Below are positions 8,958-18,907 of a stretch of 64,000 nucleotides of DNA, piece after piece (position 1 is the first letter of the stretch; every line of letters starts with the position of its first letter). The position numbers and the translations under genes were made by a program. The notes under the pieces are model-generated. The model ran no database searches. It was given only the letters and a program-made list of their open reading frames with translations, and had not been told where the DNA came from. The DNA lies in assembly GCA_965248835.1 (NCBI GenBank), contig CBDFLJ010000001.1, positions 1,888,001-1,952,000 on the forward strand. The letters are read 5' to 3'. The DNA comes from Alphaproteobacteria bacterium. Its GTDB lineage: Bacteria > Pseudomonadota > Alphaproteobacteria > MPNO01.

Positions 8958-10115
8958 TCAGGTGCGGGCGAAGAACCGGGCGGCGTTCTGGTGGAGGATT
9001 TTCCGTTTCTGATCCGCCGTGACGTCGGTCCGCCCGATGATCTCGATCGCCGCCTCGTCGCGGCCCTCGCCGTGGGGGAAATCCGAGGAATAGAGGATCT
9101 GGTCCTCGCCGAGCAGCGCCAGCTCCATGGGCAGCATCGCATCGCTCGATTCGGTGGCGAGGTAAAGACGCCCGGATGCGATCGTCTCCTCGACCGCGGT
9201 CCTCGGCAGCATCGACGGATCGGCCATGCGCCTTCGGTTGACCTCCAGGTAATGCCGCATCCGCCCGATCGCGTAGAAAATCCATTCGCCGCCGAATTCC
9301 AGGAACGCGACCCGCAGGTCCGGGTAGCGCTCGAGCATGCCGTGTCCGACGACGGCGACGAAGGCAAGCTGTGCCGGCAGCGCCTTGCCGATCATGTTGG
9401 CGTCCTGGATCGAATGGCAAAGGTCCCCCAGCGGCGGGTAACTCATCCCCATGTGGATGCAAAGCGGCAGGCCAGCCCCGGCAACGGCGTCCCAGACCGG
9501 AGCGAAGGCCCGGTCGGACAGCATCTGCTCGCCGGCGGTGCCGAAGACCACGGCCGCCGAAGCGCCGAGCGTTGTCATCTCCGCGACGGCTTCGATCCCC
9601 TGCCGCGCCTCGCGCAGCGGCAGCAGTCCCGCCCATCTGAGCCGCTCGGAGACCGATCGGCATTGCCCGCCGACATAGCGGTTGTAGGCGCGGAACAGCG
9701 CGGCTTCGAGCCCCGGATCGGACGATATCGCGGCATAGGACGTGCTGGGGAAAAGGACCTGGACGTCGATCCCCATGTTGTCGAGCGCCGCCACCCGCGC
9801 AGCAGGGTCGGACAGATCGACCACGCCGATCGGCTGAGGAATGCCGGAGAAGTCGCCGGCGCGGTCCGGTGTCGCGCCGAATTCCTCCATGGTCATGCCC
9901 GGCGTGTTCGAGGCATGAGTGCCGGGACCGAACGGATGGGGGTCGAGCCGGCCGTCGAGCAGCCAGGCGCTCTGCCAGCCGCCGAGATCGGCGGCATCGC
10001 CGAACCGGACCGGACGCGGCCGCCGGAACCGGTATTCCTCGGGCAGATCGGCCCACATGCGCGGGCTCATCATCACATGGGCATCGGCGTCGTAGACGCG
10101 GTGGCCTTCAAGCAT
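8958..10115 (-). CDS. Amidohydrolase_2 family protein (decarboxylase/hydratase-like)
   Basis: DADAH, GIDVQVLFPS, LCIH, AFLEFGGEW and SSDFPH; GGAGAG RBS before ATG 10115. Confidence 0.85.
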   Translation of the reverse strand: MLEGHRVYDADAHVMMSPRMWADLPEEYRFRRPRPVRFGDAADLGGWQSAWLLDGRLDPHPFGPGTHASNTPGMTMEEFGATPDRAGDFSGIPQPIGVVDLSDPAARVAALDNMGIDVQVLFPSTSYAAISSDPGLEAALFRAYNRYVGGQCRSVSERLRWAGLLPLREARQGIEAVAEMTTLGASAAVVFGTAGEQMLSDRAFAPVWDAVAGAGLPLCIHMGMSYPPLGDLCHSIQDANMIGKALPAQLAFVAVVGHGMLERYPDLRVAFLEFGGEWIFYAIGRMRHYLEVNRRRMADPSMLPRTAVEETIASGRLYLATESSDAMLPMELALLGEDQILYSSDFPHGEGRDEAAIEIIGRTDVTADQKRKILHQNAARFFART

Positions 10116-10278
10116 TGTCAGCACTCTCCGTCGCAGGTTTCATCGCGCTCTCCGGCGTGTCGGGGCTTGTTCCGGTCGAAAAGCCCAAGCCGCCGGATCC
10201 GCAGCCGCAAGGGCTGACCGGGGTCGGAAATTTGATGCTACCATCCCGGGCCTGTCTGATCGCAAGGGTCCGCCGGCC

Positions 10279-11366
10279 ATGAAGTTCGCACATTGCTCGC
10301 ATGTCTGGGGCAAGGCGGGCATGACGCCGGCTGACCGCTACCGGCAGCTCTGGCGCGAGATCGAGCTCTGCGACGAGCTCGGCTACGACTACGGCTTCGC
10401 GGTCGAGCATCATTTCCGGCCCGACGAGAGCTGGATGACGGCGCCCAATTTCTATGCCGTCGCCGCCGGCGCGCGGACCCGCCGGATCCGGCTGGGCGCG
10501 ATGGGCCATATCGTGCCGCTGCACGATCCGGTCAGGCTGGTCGAGGAGATCGCACTGACCGACCAGATGCTGGACGGGCGAATCGAGGTCGGCCTCGTGC
10601 CGGGGATCGTGCCGTCTTATTTCGAGCCTTCAAGGTCGACTACGAGTCCCGCCGCGCCAAGACGATCGAATTCGTGGGTTTTCTCAAGGCGGCGTTCGCC
10701 GATGCCGAACCGTTCGACTTCGCAGGCGAATTCAACAGCTATGAGAACCTGCTGCTCGCCGTGAACCCGGTGCAGAAGCCCCATCCGCCGCTTTGGATGG
10801 AAACCCGCGACCCGGCGACGCTGGCGTTCTGCGCCCGCGAGGGCGTGAACACCGGCTATTTCCTGCTGTTCCCGCGCGCCGACGCGGCGCCGCGCTACAA
10901 GACCTTCCTCGCCGACTGGCGGGCGGCGGGCTGGCAGGAACCGCCGCTGATCGCCTATTCGACGGTGGTCTATGTCGACGAGACCGACGAGAAGGCGCTT
11001 CAGACCGCGCTGAGCGAGGCCGGGCGGGCCTATCGCGGGTTCTTCCCGCCCGAGGTCGGCGGCGGCGACATGGCCAGGGCCCAGCTCGTGACCGCCGAAC
11101 TGTTCGAGCAGCGCGGCGAGCCCGGCGCGGCCGAGGTGATCCGCAACCTGCTCGATCCCGATTATCTCCTGGAGCACGACCTGATCCTTATCGGCTCGCC
11201 CGAGACGGTTGCGCGCAGGCTGCGAGACTACGCCAGCGATGGGATGTTCAACACCTTCTTCGGCGAGTTCAACTTCGGCGATCTCGCCGAGGAGGACCTG
11301 ATGCGCTCGATCCGCCTGTTCGGCACCGAGGTGATGCCGGCCCTGCGCGATTTCGAGCCCTTCTGA
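10279..11366 (+). pseudogene. Luciferase-like (LLM) flavin monooxygenase, frameshifted near 10628
   Basis: N-half (AVEHHF, RIRLG, HDPVRLVEEIA) and C-half (PVQKPHPPLW, IGSPETV, IRLFGTEVMPAL) lie in different frames; one base is missing at TTCGAGCCTTCAAG. Confidence 0.8.
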
Positions 11367-11369
11367 GAA

Positions 11370-11845
11370 CGAAGCTTTGAGGCCTGCGCGGCGGCGGGAG
11401 CTGGTCGACGATCTCCGGCGGACCTGGCAGGTGAGCATCCGGCGTGCCTGTGCGGTGCTGAAGGTGGGCCGGTCGATGTGCCACTACACGCCCCGTCGCC
11501 CGTCGCAGGCCGTCTTGCGCAGGCGTATCCAGGAGATCGCGGAGACCCGTGTCCGCTACGGGTATCGCCGGATCCATGTGTTCTGCAGCGCGCGGGCTGG
11601 CGGGCGAACGCCAAGCGGGTCTACCGCCTGTACACCGAGGAAGGCCTTCAGCTGCGCAACAAGACACCGAAACGGAAGGTCTTGGCGAAGCTTCGTGAAG
11701 ACCGGTGTCCGGCCGCGGCGCCGAACGAGGTGTGGGCGATGGACTTCATGTCGGACCAGCTGTTCGACGGCCGGCGCGTCCGCATCCTGACCATTGTCGA
11801 TGCCTTCTGCCGGCTGTCGCCGGTGATCGACGTCCGCCAGCGCAT
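11370..11845 (+). mobile_element. IS3 family (IS407-like) orfB remnant, frameshifted and truncated
   Basis: VSIRRAC, RYGYRRIHV, KRVYRLYTEEGLQLR and NEVWAMDFMSDQLFDGRR. Confidence 0.85.
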
Positions 11846-11940
11846 GCTGACGTCCTCACCCGCCTGAATTTTCCCGATTCGGCGTCCTGACCGCATTCGC
11901 ACGGGGCTGAGGCGGTTCAAAGCCGCTTACTATCGTAAAT

Positions 11941-11956
11941 ACGTATCTAGATACGT
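11941..11956. promoter_or_regulatory. Perfect 16-bp palindrome, candidate operator
   Basis: ACGTATCTAGATACGT in an AT-rich intergenic stretch about 120 bp upstream of the gene at 12077. Confidence 0.4.
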
Positions 11957-12076
11957 GTAGCGGTCACTCGCCTAAAAGCGACGGGCGGCGTCAAGATAAA
12001 GTTGTAATTCCCTTTCGTTTGATGTGCCCAGGCATACGGCCGAGAATTTCAGCCGATCCGGCTGGAGAGGAAGACC

Positions 12077-13006
12077 ATGGCGCTCCTGATAAGCAACCTC
12101 ATGATGGGAACGGACGCGGACTGGCGAGCGGCTATCAATGCCGAATTGCCAGACTTGGAGGTACGATTCTGGCCCGACGTCGGCGACCCTGCCGACATTG
12201 AATATATAGCCTTCACCCGCCCCAGCCTGGACGACTGGCCGGAACTCCCGAATCTCAAGGCGATGCTGACCCGCCAGGCAGGGGTCGACGGCTTCATCAA
12301 GCATCCCAAGCTGCCGGACGTTCCACTCTCCAAATTGGAACCGGAAGACGGCGATCCGATGATGACAGAATATGTCGTCATGCATGTGCTCCGGCTGCAT
12401 CGCAATATGCCGACCTACCGGGAGTGCCAGGCGCGCAAGGAATGGCGGCAGGTGCAGCAGAAGCGGCCGGGGGGCCGCACCGTCGGTTTTCTCGGCTACG
12501 GGGTAATGGTGCGGAAACCGGCCCGTATTTTACGCGACATGGAGTTCGACGTCGTCGCCTGGACTCGGACTCCGAAGCCCGATGCCGAGGTCCCCATTTA
12601 TGCCGGCGCCGACCAGTTCGACACGATCCTCGAACGCTCGGACATTATTGTCTGCCTGCTTCCCTTGACCGGCGAGACCCGCGGCATCTTGAATGCGGAG
12701 GCGTTTGCGAAGATGCCTGAAGGCGGCATCGTCATCAATATTGGCCGCGGCGAGCATGTGGTGATCGATGACCTGATCGCGGCATTGGATTCGGGCCACC
12801 TCTACCACGCCGCGCTCGATGCGCACTCCCCCGAACCGCTGCCGCCGGAAAGCCCGCTCTGGGATCATCCCAAGGTGACCGTCATGCCGCATGTCGCCAG
12901 ACGCCCCAACATCGCGCAATTGGCGCCGCAAATCGTCGCAAACATCAAGCGCTGCGAGGCCGGCCAGCCGCTTCTCCAGGAAGTCGACCGCGGCGCCGGC
13001 TATTAG
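12077..13006 (+). CDS. D-2-hydroxyacid dehydrogenase (GhrA-like glyoxylate/hydroxypyruvate reductase)
   Basis: AGVD, LLPLTGETRGILN, INIGRG, EPLP and PHVA. Confidence 0.85.
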   Translation: MALLISNLMMGTDADWRAAINAELPDLEVRFWPDVGDPADIEYIAFTRPSLDDWPELPNLKAMLTRQAGVDGFIKHPKLPDVPLSKLEPEDGDPMMTEYVVMHVLRLHRNMPTYRECQARKEWRQVQQKRPGGRTVGFLGYGVMVRKPARILRDMEFDVVAWTRTPKPDAEVPIYAGADQFDTILERSDIIVCLLPLTGETRGILNAEAFAKMPEGGIVINIGRGEHVVIDDLIAALDSGHLYHAALDAHSPEPLPPESPLWDHPKVTVMPHVARRPNIAQLAPQIVANIKRCEAGQPLLQEVDRGAGY

Positions 13007-13433
13007 CGGCACGGCCAGTGCCAGGAACGTTCAGCGTCTCAGCGCTGCCCAACGGCCATTCCTCACATCGGGGAAGGGAGGGGCGGTGCATGGCGATGAG
13101 GTCGCGGATCTGGGCGATGCGTATGTGAGTGGGGTTGGTGTCGGGGCCGGCCGGCGGAATTGCCCAGAGTGCGTTTAGGCGGGCAAGCACGCTTTTGGGG
13201 ACGCATTCGAGATTGCGGAGCTCGTAGTTGGCAGGGTTCCCGACGACCCCGTCGCTGCAATAGCTTGGTAACGCCTCCGCTCACACACCCGCTCCAACTC
13301 ACCCGTCAATTCGACCGTACCCACAACTCCTACGCCACCCATCCTGCGCACCGCCAACAAGTTGATGGACGGCGTGGTCTTTGCGGGCTAACACGGGCGC
13401 GTCCGCTGCACTCCGCCTCAAGGGACGCCTCCC

Positions 13434-14321
13434 ATGACCCGGATCGACATCCAGTTCTCCATGTTCTCGGCCTTCTATTCGCCGCTCATTGCGACCATGG
13501 CCGGCGGGTTCCTGGCCGAGGAGGGGCTGGAGGCGGACTGGTCGGTTTCGCCGCCCGGCGTTTCCGCCATCGCGGCCCTGAAAGACGGCACGGCCCACGT
13601 CGTGCAGTCGGCTCTCGGCCAGGCGTTCGGGCCCCTGTCGAAGGGCGAGGATCCCGGCGTCGTCCATTTCGCTCAGATCAACGAGATGGACGGGTTTTTC
13701 CTGACCGGGCGCGAACCGGACCCGGATTTCACCTGGGACAGGCTGGAAGGCGCGGAGGTCGTGTTGTTCGGCGGCGGCCAGCCGCTCGCGATGTTCAAAT
13801 ATGCCTGCCACAAGGCCGGCATCGACTACACTCGGCTGAAGGCCATCCATCCCGGGAACGCCGCCGAGATCGACCAGGCCTTCCGCGCGGGGACCGGCCG
13901 CTATGTCCAGCAGCAGGGGCCGTTCCCTCAGCAACTGGAGGCGGACAGCGTCGGCCATGTCGTCGCCCAGGTCGGCGTGCAGATCGGCCGCTGCGGCTTT
14001 TCCAGCCTGTGCGCCCGGCCGGACTGGCTGGAGACCGATATGGCGAAGGCCTTCACTCGCGCCTACCGCGGGGCGCGCCTCTGGCTGAACGAAACGCCGG
14101 CGGCTGAGGTCGCCCGCGCCGAAGAGACCTTTTTCCCGGAGATCGACCTGCCGGTGCTGGAACGCTGCATCGCGACCTACCAGAAGCTCGGCTGTTGGAC
14201 GCCCCATATCGAGATCGCGCCGGAGGCTTTCGAGGCGACGCTGGACATCTACGCCTATAATGGCCTGATCGGCGAGCGCTTCGCCTACGACAGGGTCTGT
14301 GCGCCACCGCCGGAGGTCTAG
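13434..14321 (+). CDS. NMT1/THI5-like ABC substrate-binding protein
   Basis: SAFYSPLIA..AGGFLAEEGLE, DGFFLTGREPDPDFTW and GGGQP. Confidence 0.7.
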   Translation: MTRIDIQFSMFSAFYSPLIATMAGGFLAEEGLEADWSVSPPGVSAIAALKDGTAHVVQSALGQAFGPLSKGEDPGVVHFAQINEMDGFFLTGREPDPDFTWDRLEGAEVVLFGGGQPLAMFKYACHKAGIDYTRLKAIHPGNAAEIDQAFRAGTGRYVQQQGPFPQQLEADSVGHVVAQVGVQIGRCGFSSLCARPDWLETDMAKAFTRAYRGARLWLNETPAAEVARAEETFFPEIDLPVLERCIATYQKLGCWTPHIEIAPEAFEATLDIYAYNGLIGERFAYDRVCAPPPEV

Positions 14322-15115
14322 GCTCTGGACCCATAAAAGCGCTTTATGATTCTGTTTGGATCTGATTCAAGCTTCCAAACCGTGGGAGCTTGAGGATGTC
14401 GGAGAGCTTTTGGCTGAGCGATGAGCAGTTTGGACGTCTGGCGCCGTTGTTGCCGACGGACACGCGCGGCGTGCCGCGGGTTGACGACCGGCGGGTGATA
14501 TCTGGGATCATCCATGTTCTTCAATCGGGCTGCCGGTGGAAGGATGCGCCGGCGGAATACGGCCCTCACAAGATGCTGTACAACCGCTTTGTCCGCTGGG
14601 CGCGCAAGGGTGTATGGCAGGGCGTCTTCGTGCGGTTGGCGGATTCTGGCGGACCGCCGTCGGCGGTGATGCTGGATTCGACCCATGTCAAGGCGCACCG
14701 TTCGGCGGCGGGCGGAAAAGGGGGGCCGCGCTCCAGGCGATCGGCCGTTCGCGGGGCGGGCGCACGACCAAGATCCATGCCGCCGTCGACGAGCACGGCC
14801 GGGCGCGACGGCTGATCGTCGGGGCGGGCCATCGCGGCGACGCACCGATGGCGGCGCGCCTGATCGGTGCCATGGCCGCCCGGCTTGTGTATCGCCGATG
14901 CCGCCTACGACAGCGACGCGCTCCGCGACCTGCTTCTCGACCGGGGCACCATCCCGGTTATCCCCAACAATCCGACCCGCAAACGGCATCACCCGTTCGA
15001 TCGTCAGGCCTACCGCCTGCGCAACGTCATCGAACGTGCCTTCGCCCGGCTCAAGGACTGGCGCCGGATCGCCACCCGATACGACAAACTCGCCCTGACC
15101 TACACCGCCGCCGTC
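14321..15115 (+). mobile_element. IS5 family (IS427-group) element, degenerate; its right end is replaced by IS630 sequence
   Basis: Left end GGCTCTGGACCC after TA; orfA PRVDDRRVISGI, slippery GGAAAAGGGGGG at 14714-14725; orfB GRSRGGRTTKIH, ADAAYDS, RRIATRYDK with an extra frameshift. Confidence 0.85.
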
Positions 15116-15177
15116 AAACGCTTCTGCCTCCGCGTCGATCAAAACTTATGCCACCAACTTTAGATTCGGGTGACTAG
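15106..15177 (+). repeat. 72-bp direct repeat of the IS630 right end (other copy 16291-16362)
   Basis: CGCCGCCGTCAAACGC...TTAGATTCGGGTGACTAG is identical at both positions. Confidence 0.95.
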
Positions 15178-16359
15178 TCACCTGGAACTGAAGTAAATTG
15201 CACTATATGATGGCCATCGTCGTTGGGCTTTGGAGGTGTTTGCGATGGTGCGTGGCGTTGGCCGGCCGGTTGCGGCTTTGGTTCTGAGCGATGAAGAACG
15301 GTCGTATCTCGAGCGTCAGCTCCGCCGTCGCCAGATCGCGCGCGCGGTGTCGGACCGCTGCCGCATGATCCTGCGTTGCGCGGCTGGTCTGACCAACAAG
15401 GCGGTCGCTGCCGAGCTCGGCGTGCACGAGCACACGGTCGGCAAGTGGCGCCGCCGCTTCCTGAAGGACCGCATCGACGGACTGTCGGATGAGCCTCGGC
15501 CGGGGCGGCCGCGGACCATCGAGGATGATCAAGTGGCACAGGTCATTGAACGGACGCTCAACGCGACGCCGGCGGATGCGACCCATTGGTCGCTCCGCTC
15601 GATGGCCCGGGAGACCGGGCTGTCGCACACGACGATCCGGCGCATCTGGACGGCCTTCGGGTTGCAGCCGCACCGCTCGCAGACCTTCAAACTGTCGAGC
15701 GATCCGCTGTTCGTCGACAAGGTCCGCGACATCGTCGGGCTCTATCTGTCGCCGCCGGACCGCGCGCTGGTGCTCTGTGTCGATGAAAAGAGCCAGATCC
15801 AGGCCCTCGACCGCGAACAGCCGGTGTTGCCGATGATGCCGGGCATGGCCGAGCGGCGGACGTACAATTACGTCCGGCACGGGACGACCTCGCTGTTCGC
15901 CGCCCTCGATGTCGCCACGGGCTTCGTCATCGGCAAGTGCTACAGGCGCCACCGGGCCAGGGAGTTCCTCGACTTTCTGAAGCAGATCGACGCCCGCGTC
16001 CCCGAGGATCTCGACATCCACATCGTCATGGACAACTACGCCACCCACAAGACCGCCGCGATCAGAGCCTGGCTGGCGCGGCGGCCGCACTATCATGTCC
16101 ACTTCACGCCGACCTCGGCCTCCTGGATCAACCAGGTCGAGCGCTGGTTCGCCGAATTGACGCGCAAGCAACTGCGACGTGGCGTTCATACCTCGACGAA
16201 GCAGCTCGAAGCCGACATCCGCGCCTTCATCGAAAAACACAACGAAGACCCCAAGCCCTTCAAATGGACCAAATCAGCCGACGACATCCTCGCCGCCGTC
16301 AAACGCTTCTGCCTCCGCGTCGATCAAAACTTATGCCACCAACTTTAGATTCGGGTGAC
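15177..16359 (+). mobile_element. Intact IS630 family element
   Basis: Imperfect terminal IRs GTCACCTGGAACTGAAGT and ACTTTAGATTCGGGTGAC; TA on both flanks. Confidence 0.92.
15245..16348 (+). CDS. IS630 transposase
   Basis: HTH region, CVDEKSQIQALDR, YVRHGT, MDNYATHK and SASWINQVERWF. Confidence 0.95.
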   Translation: MVRGVGRPVAALVLSDEERSYLERQLRRRQIARAVSDRCRMILRCAAGLTNKAVAAELGVHEHTVGKWRRRFLKDRIDGLSDEPRPGRPRTIEDDQVAQVIERTLNATPADATHWSLRSMARETGLSHTTIRRIWTAFGLQPHRSQTFKLSSDPLFVDKVRDIVGLYLSPPDRALVLCVDEKSQIQALDREQPVLPMMPGMAERRTYNYVRHGTTSLFAALDVATGFVIGKCYRRHRAREFLDFLKQIDARVPEDLDIHIVMDNYATHKTAAIRAWLARRPHYHVHFTPTSASWINQVERWFAELTRKQLRRGVHTSTKQLEADIRAFIEKHNEDPKPFKWTKSADDILAAVKRFCLRVDQNLCHQL

Positions 16360-16362
16360 TAG

Positions 16363-16705
16363 AGCTTCGCGCCCTTGAGGCTGATCGGCAGACCGCGCCG
16401 GGCATCGATCGCCTTCTTCTGATCCGCCGAGAGGCTCGCATAGGTTTTCTTGTTCATCACCATCATCTGCGGCGAATAGCCCATCGGCAGGTCGATGACA
16501 TAGTTCTTGACGACCTCGGCGAGCTTGAGCTGTTGACCACCGAGATGCCGACCAGCGCGCCGTCGACGACGCCCTTCTCGATCGCACCGTAAGTCCGCGG
16601 CATCGGCATCGCCACCGGGACCGCGCCCAGCCCCTTGATGATCGCCGCCTGGTCGCGCGACGGCGTCCTGAGCTTGAGACCCTTGAGGTCATCGGGATGG
16701 CGGAC
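16363..16705 (-). pseudogene. TRAP DctP substrate-binding protein internal fragment (frameshifted)
   Basis: DLKGLKLRTP, LGAVPVAMP, EKGVVDG and MNKKTYASLS; no start or end. Confidence 0.8.
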
Positions 16706-17414
16706 GCCCAAGGTCTGCATCCCGTCTCCCTCGATGCTGCATTTCCGCGGCGGACGCAAGGCGATCAGCGAAGAGGCCTATCCAGACATGGATGGGATCT
16801 ACGGCGATCTCGCTCGTGTCTACAACGAGGAAGTCATTTCGCTGGCCGCCCTCGGTCTGCGTTATCTGCAACTCGACGACACCAACTTCGCCTATCTGTG
16901 CGACGACCAGATCCGGGAAGCGACCCGCGCTCTCGGCGAGGATCCGAACGAACTTCCGCACACCTACTGCAGCTTGCTCAACGAGGCGCTCGCGGGCCGG
17001 ACGGACGACATGGCAGTCACGCTCCATATGTGCCGCGGCAACCACCGCAGCGCCTGGGCCGCGCAAGGAGGCTACGAGCCGGTGGCCGAGGTCATTTCCA
17101 ATGAGTTCGACGTGGACGGGTTCTTCATGGAATACGACGACGAACGGTCGGGCGACTTCGCGCCGCTCCGGTTCCTGCCGAAGGGCAAGACCGTGGTGCT
17201 CGGGATCGCGACGTCGAAACGCCCGGCGCTCGAATCGGCGGACGATCTCAAGCGCCGGATCGACGAAGCCGCCAGGTTCGCACCCCTCGAACAGCTCGCG
17301 GTCAGCGCCCAGTGCGGATTTTCATCGACCGTGGACGGCAACGATCTGACCGTCGACGACCAGCGGGCCAAGCTGCAACGGCTGGTCGAAGTCGCGGAAG
17401 ACGTCTGGGGGTAG
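16700..17414 (+). pseudogene. MetE-like (YxjH-type) protein, 5'-truncated
   Basis: PKVCIPSPSMLHFRGG, YLQLDDT, HMCRGN, FMEYD and QCGFSS; roughly the N-terminal third is missing relative to 58145-59260. Confidence 0.85.
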
Positions 17415-17665
17415 CGCGCGCCTCGCCGGCGAAGACCGGGGTCGGCTTCAGCCCGTTCCCCGATGATTTCGGTCGAGGAAATCCAGCGTTCGTTCCCGTG
17501 ACTTCAGCGCGGCCGTCTCGACATGCACCATCGGTGGAGGGTGCTTCGCGGCAAGTCAGGATCGATTGCTCCTTCGTATCGGGCATCACGGAGCTCGGCG
17601 GCGCGCTGGGTCATGCGCGGTCTCGGCTGGATCGACACGATAGAAAGCGCAGGGGATCCCGGCGC

Positions 17666-18907
17666 CTACGCCTTTTCTGCACGGGCGGAGGAGGAGGCTG
17701 GGGCGGCGGCGGCGGCCGGTCCGGGCGGTCTGGCTGTTGCGCCTCCGCCGACGGCCAGCGCGCCGGCCATGATCAGCGCCAGACCGACAAAGGCCTCGAC
17801 CGGCAGTCGTTCGCCGAGCACCGCCGCACCCAGGGCGACGGCGACCACCGGAAAGAACAGCGGCACGATGGAGCTGCGGGTGGCGCCGACGCGTCGGACG
17901 ACCACGAAATAGAGGCTCATGGCGATCGCCGTGCAGAAGACGCCGGTGACCAGTATGGCGCCGATCGCCCCCGTGCTCGGGTTCAGGCTGAGCGGCGCCT
18001 CCGCCTCCGCCGCGAACGCCAGCGGCACCAGGATCACCGCGCCGACGGCTACGAAGAACACCCGCGCCGTACTGCCCAGCCCTTCGAGCACGCTTTCTTT
18101 CAGAACCTGGTAGGTCATGCGGCGTTGGAGGACGGCGATGACGAGTGCCACGAACGCGCCGGCCTCGGTCGGCGTCACGATGCCGAGATAGAGCCCGCCG
18201 ATGACGCAGAAGACCAGGACCCCGATCGGCCATACCTCGGCCAACGCACGCCACCGCTCACCCCAGGTGACGGTGTCCTCGAACGGCGGTGCCAGCTCCG
18301 GACGCAGCTTGCAGCGCACGATGATCATCGCCGCGTAGACCAGCGCGGTCATCAGCCCGGGCAAGACGCCGGCGATGAACAGCTTGGAAATCGAAACCTC
18401 GGCGAAGATGCCATAGAGCACGAAGCCGATTGACGGCGGGATCATCGCCCCCAACGTTCCGGCGCTGGCGACGACGCCGGTCGCCAGCCCCTTGTCGTAG
18501 CCGTAGCGCGCCATCTCGGGGATGGTGATGCGGCCCATAGCCGCGGCGGTGGCGATCGACGAACCGGAGGCGGCGGAGAATCCCGCGCAGGCGAAGTTGG
18601 CGGCGACCGAGAGCCCGCCCGGCAATCCGCCGAGCCACACACGCCCGGCGCGGAACAGCGCCGCGCTGATGCCCGAATGGTGGGCCACCGCGCCCATCAG
18701 CAGGAACATCGGGATCGCGGAAAACGACCAATGGGCGGCGAAGTCGAACGGCTCGGTCTGCAACATGCCCGCGGCCACGCTCCAGCCCTTGAGCTCGCCG
18801 ATGCCGACCATGGAGACCAGCAGCAGAGCCAGCCCGATCGGAAACTGGAGCGCGATCAGCACCAGCAGCGCGGCGAGCGCCCCGAAACCGAGCTCGAGCG
18901 GCGTCAC
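17666..18907 (-). CDS. In-frame chimera of a TRAP DctM N-terminal two-thirds and an EamA/DMT C-terminus
   Basis: AIPMFLLMG, GSSIAT, GTLGAMIPPS and TPTEA (DctM), then from about 18030 YFVVVRRVGATR...LGERL..G.ALI (EamA); GTG start overlaps the dctQ stop. Confidence 0.7.
   Translation of the reverse strand: MTPLELGFGALAALLVLIALQFPIGLALLLVSMVGIGELKGWSVAAGMLQTEPFDFAAHWSFSAIPMFLLMGAVAHHSGISAALFRAGRVWLGGLPGGLSVAANFACAGFSAASGSSIATAAAMGRITIPEMARYGYDKGLATGVVASAGTLGAMIPPSIGFVLYGIFAEVSISKLFIAGVLPGLMTALVYAAMIIVRCKLRPELAPPFEDTVTWGERWRALAEVWPIGVLVFCVIGGLYLGIVTPTEAGAFVALVIAVLQRRMTYQVLKESVLEGLGSTARVFFVAVGAVILVPLAFAAEAEAPLSLNPSTGAIGAILVTGVFCTAIAMSLYFVVVRRVGATRSSIVPLFFPVVAVALGAAVLGERLPVEAFVGLALIMAGALAVGGGATARPPGPAAAAAPASSSARAEKA

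Noticed and set aside
10620-10640. Programmed frameshift in the LLM gene (and in the Rieske gene at about 32298)
   Set aside because: No slippery heptamer or stimulatory structure. Mutation or sequencing error is the simpler explanation.
13020-13430. GT-rich then CA-rich segment, possible MITE or structured RNA
   Set aside because: Only loose complementarity, with no clear IRs or target duplication.
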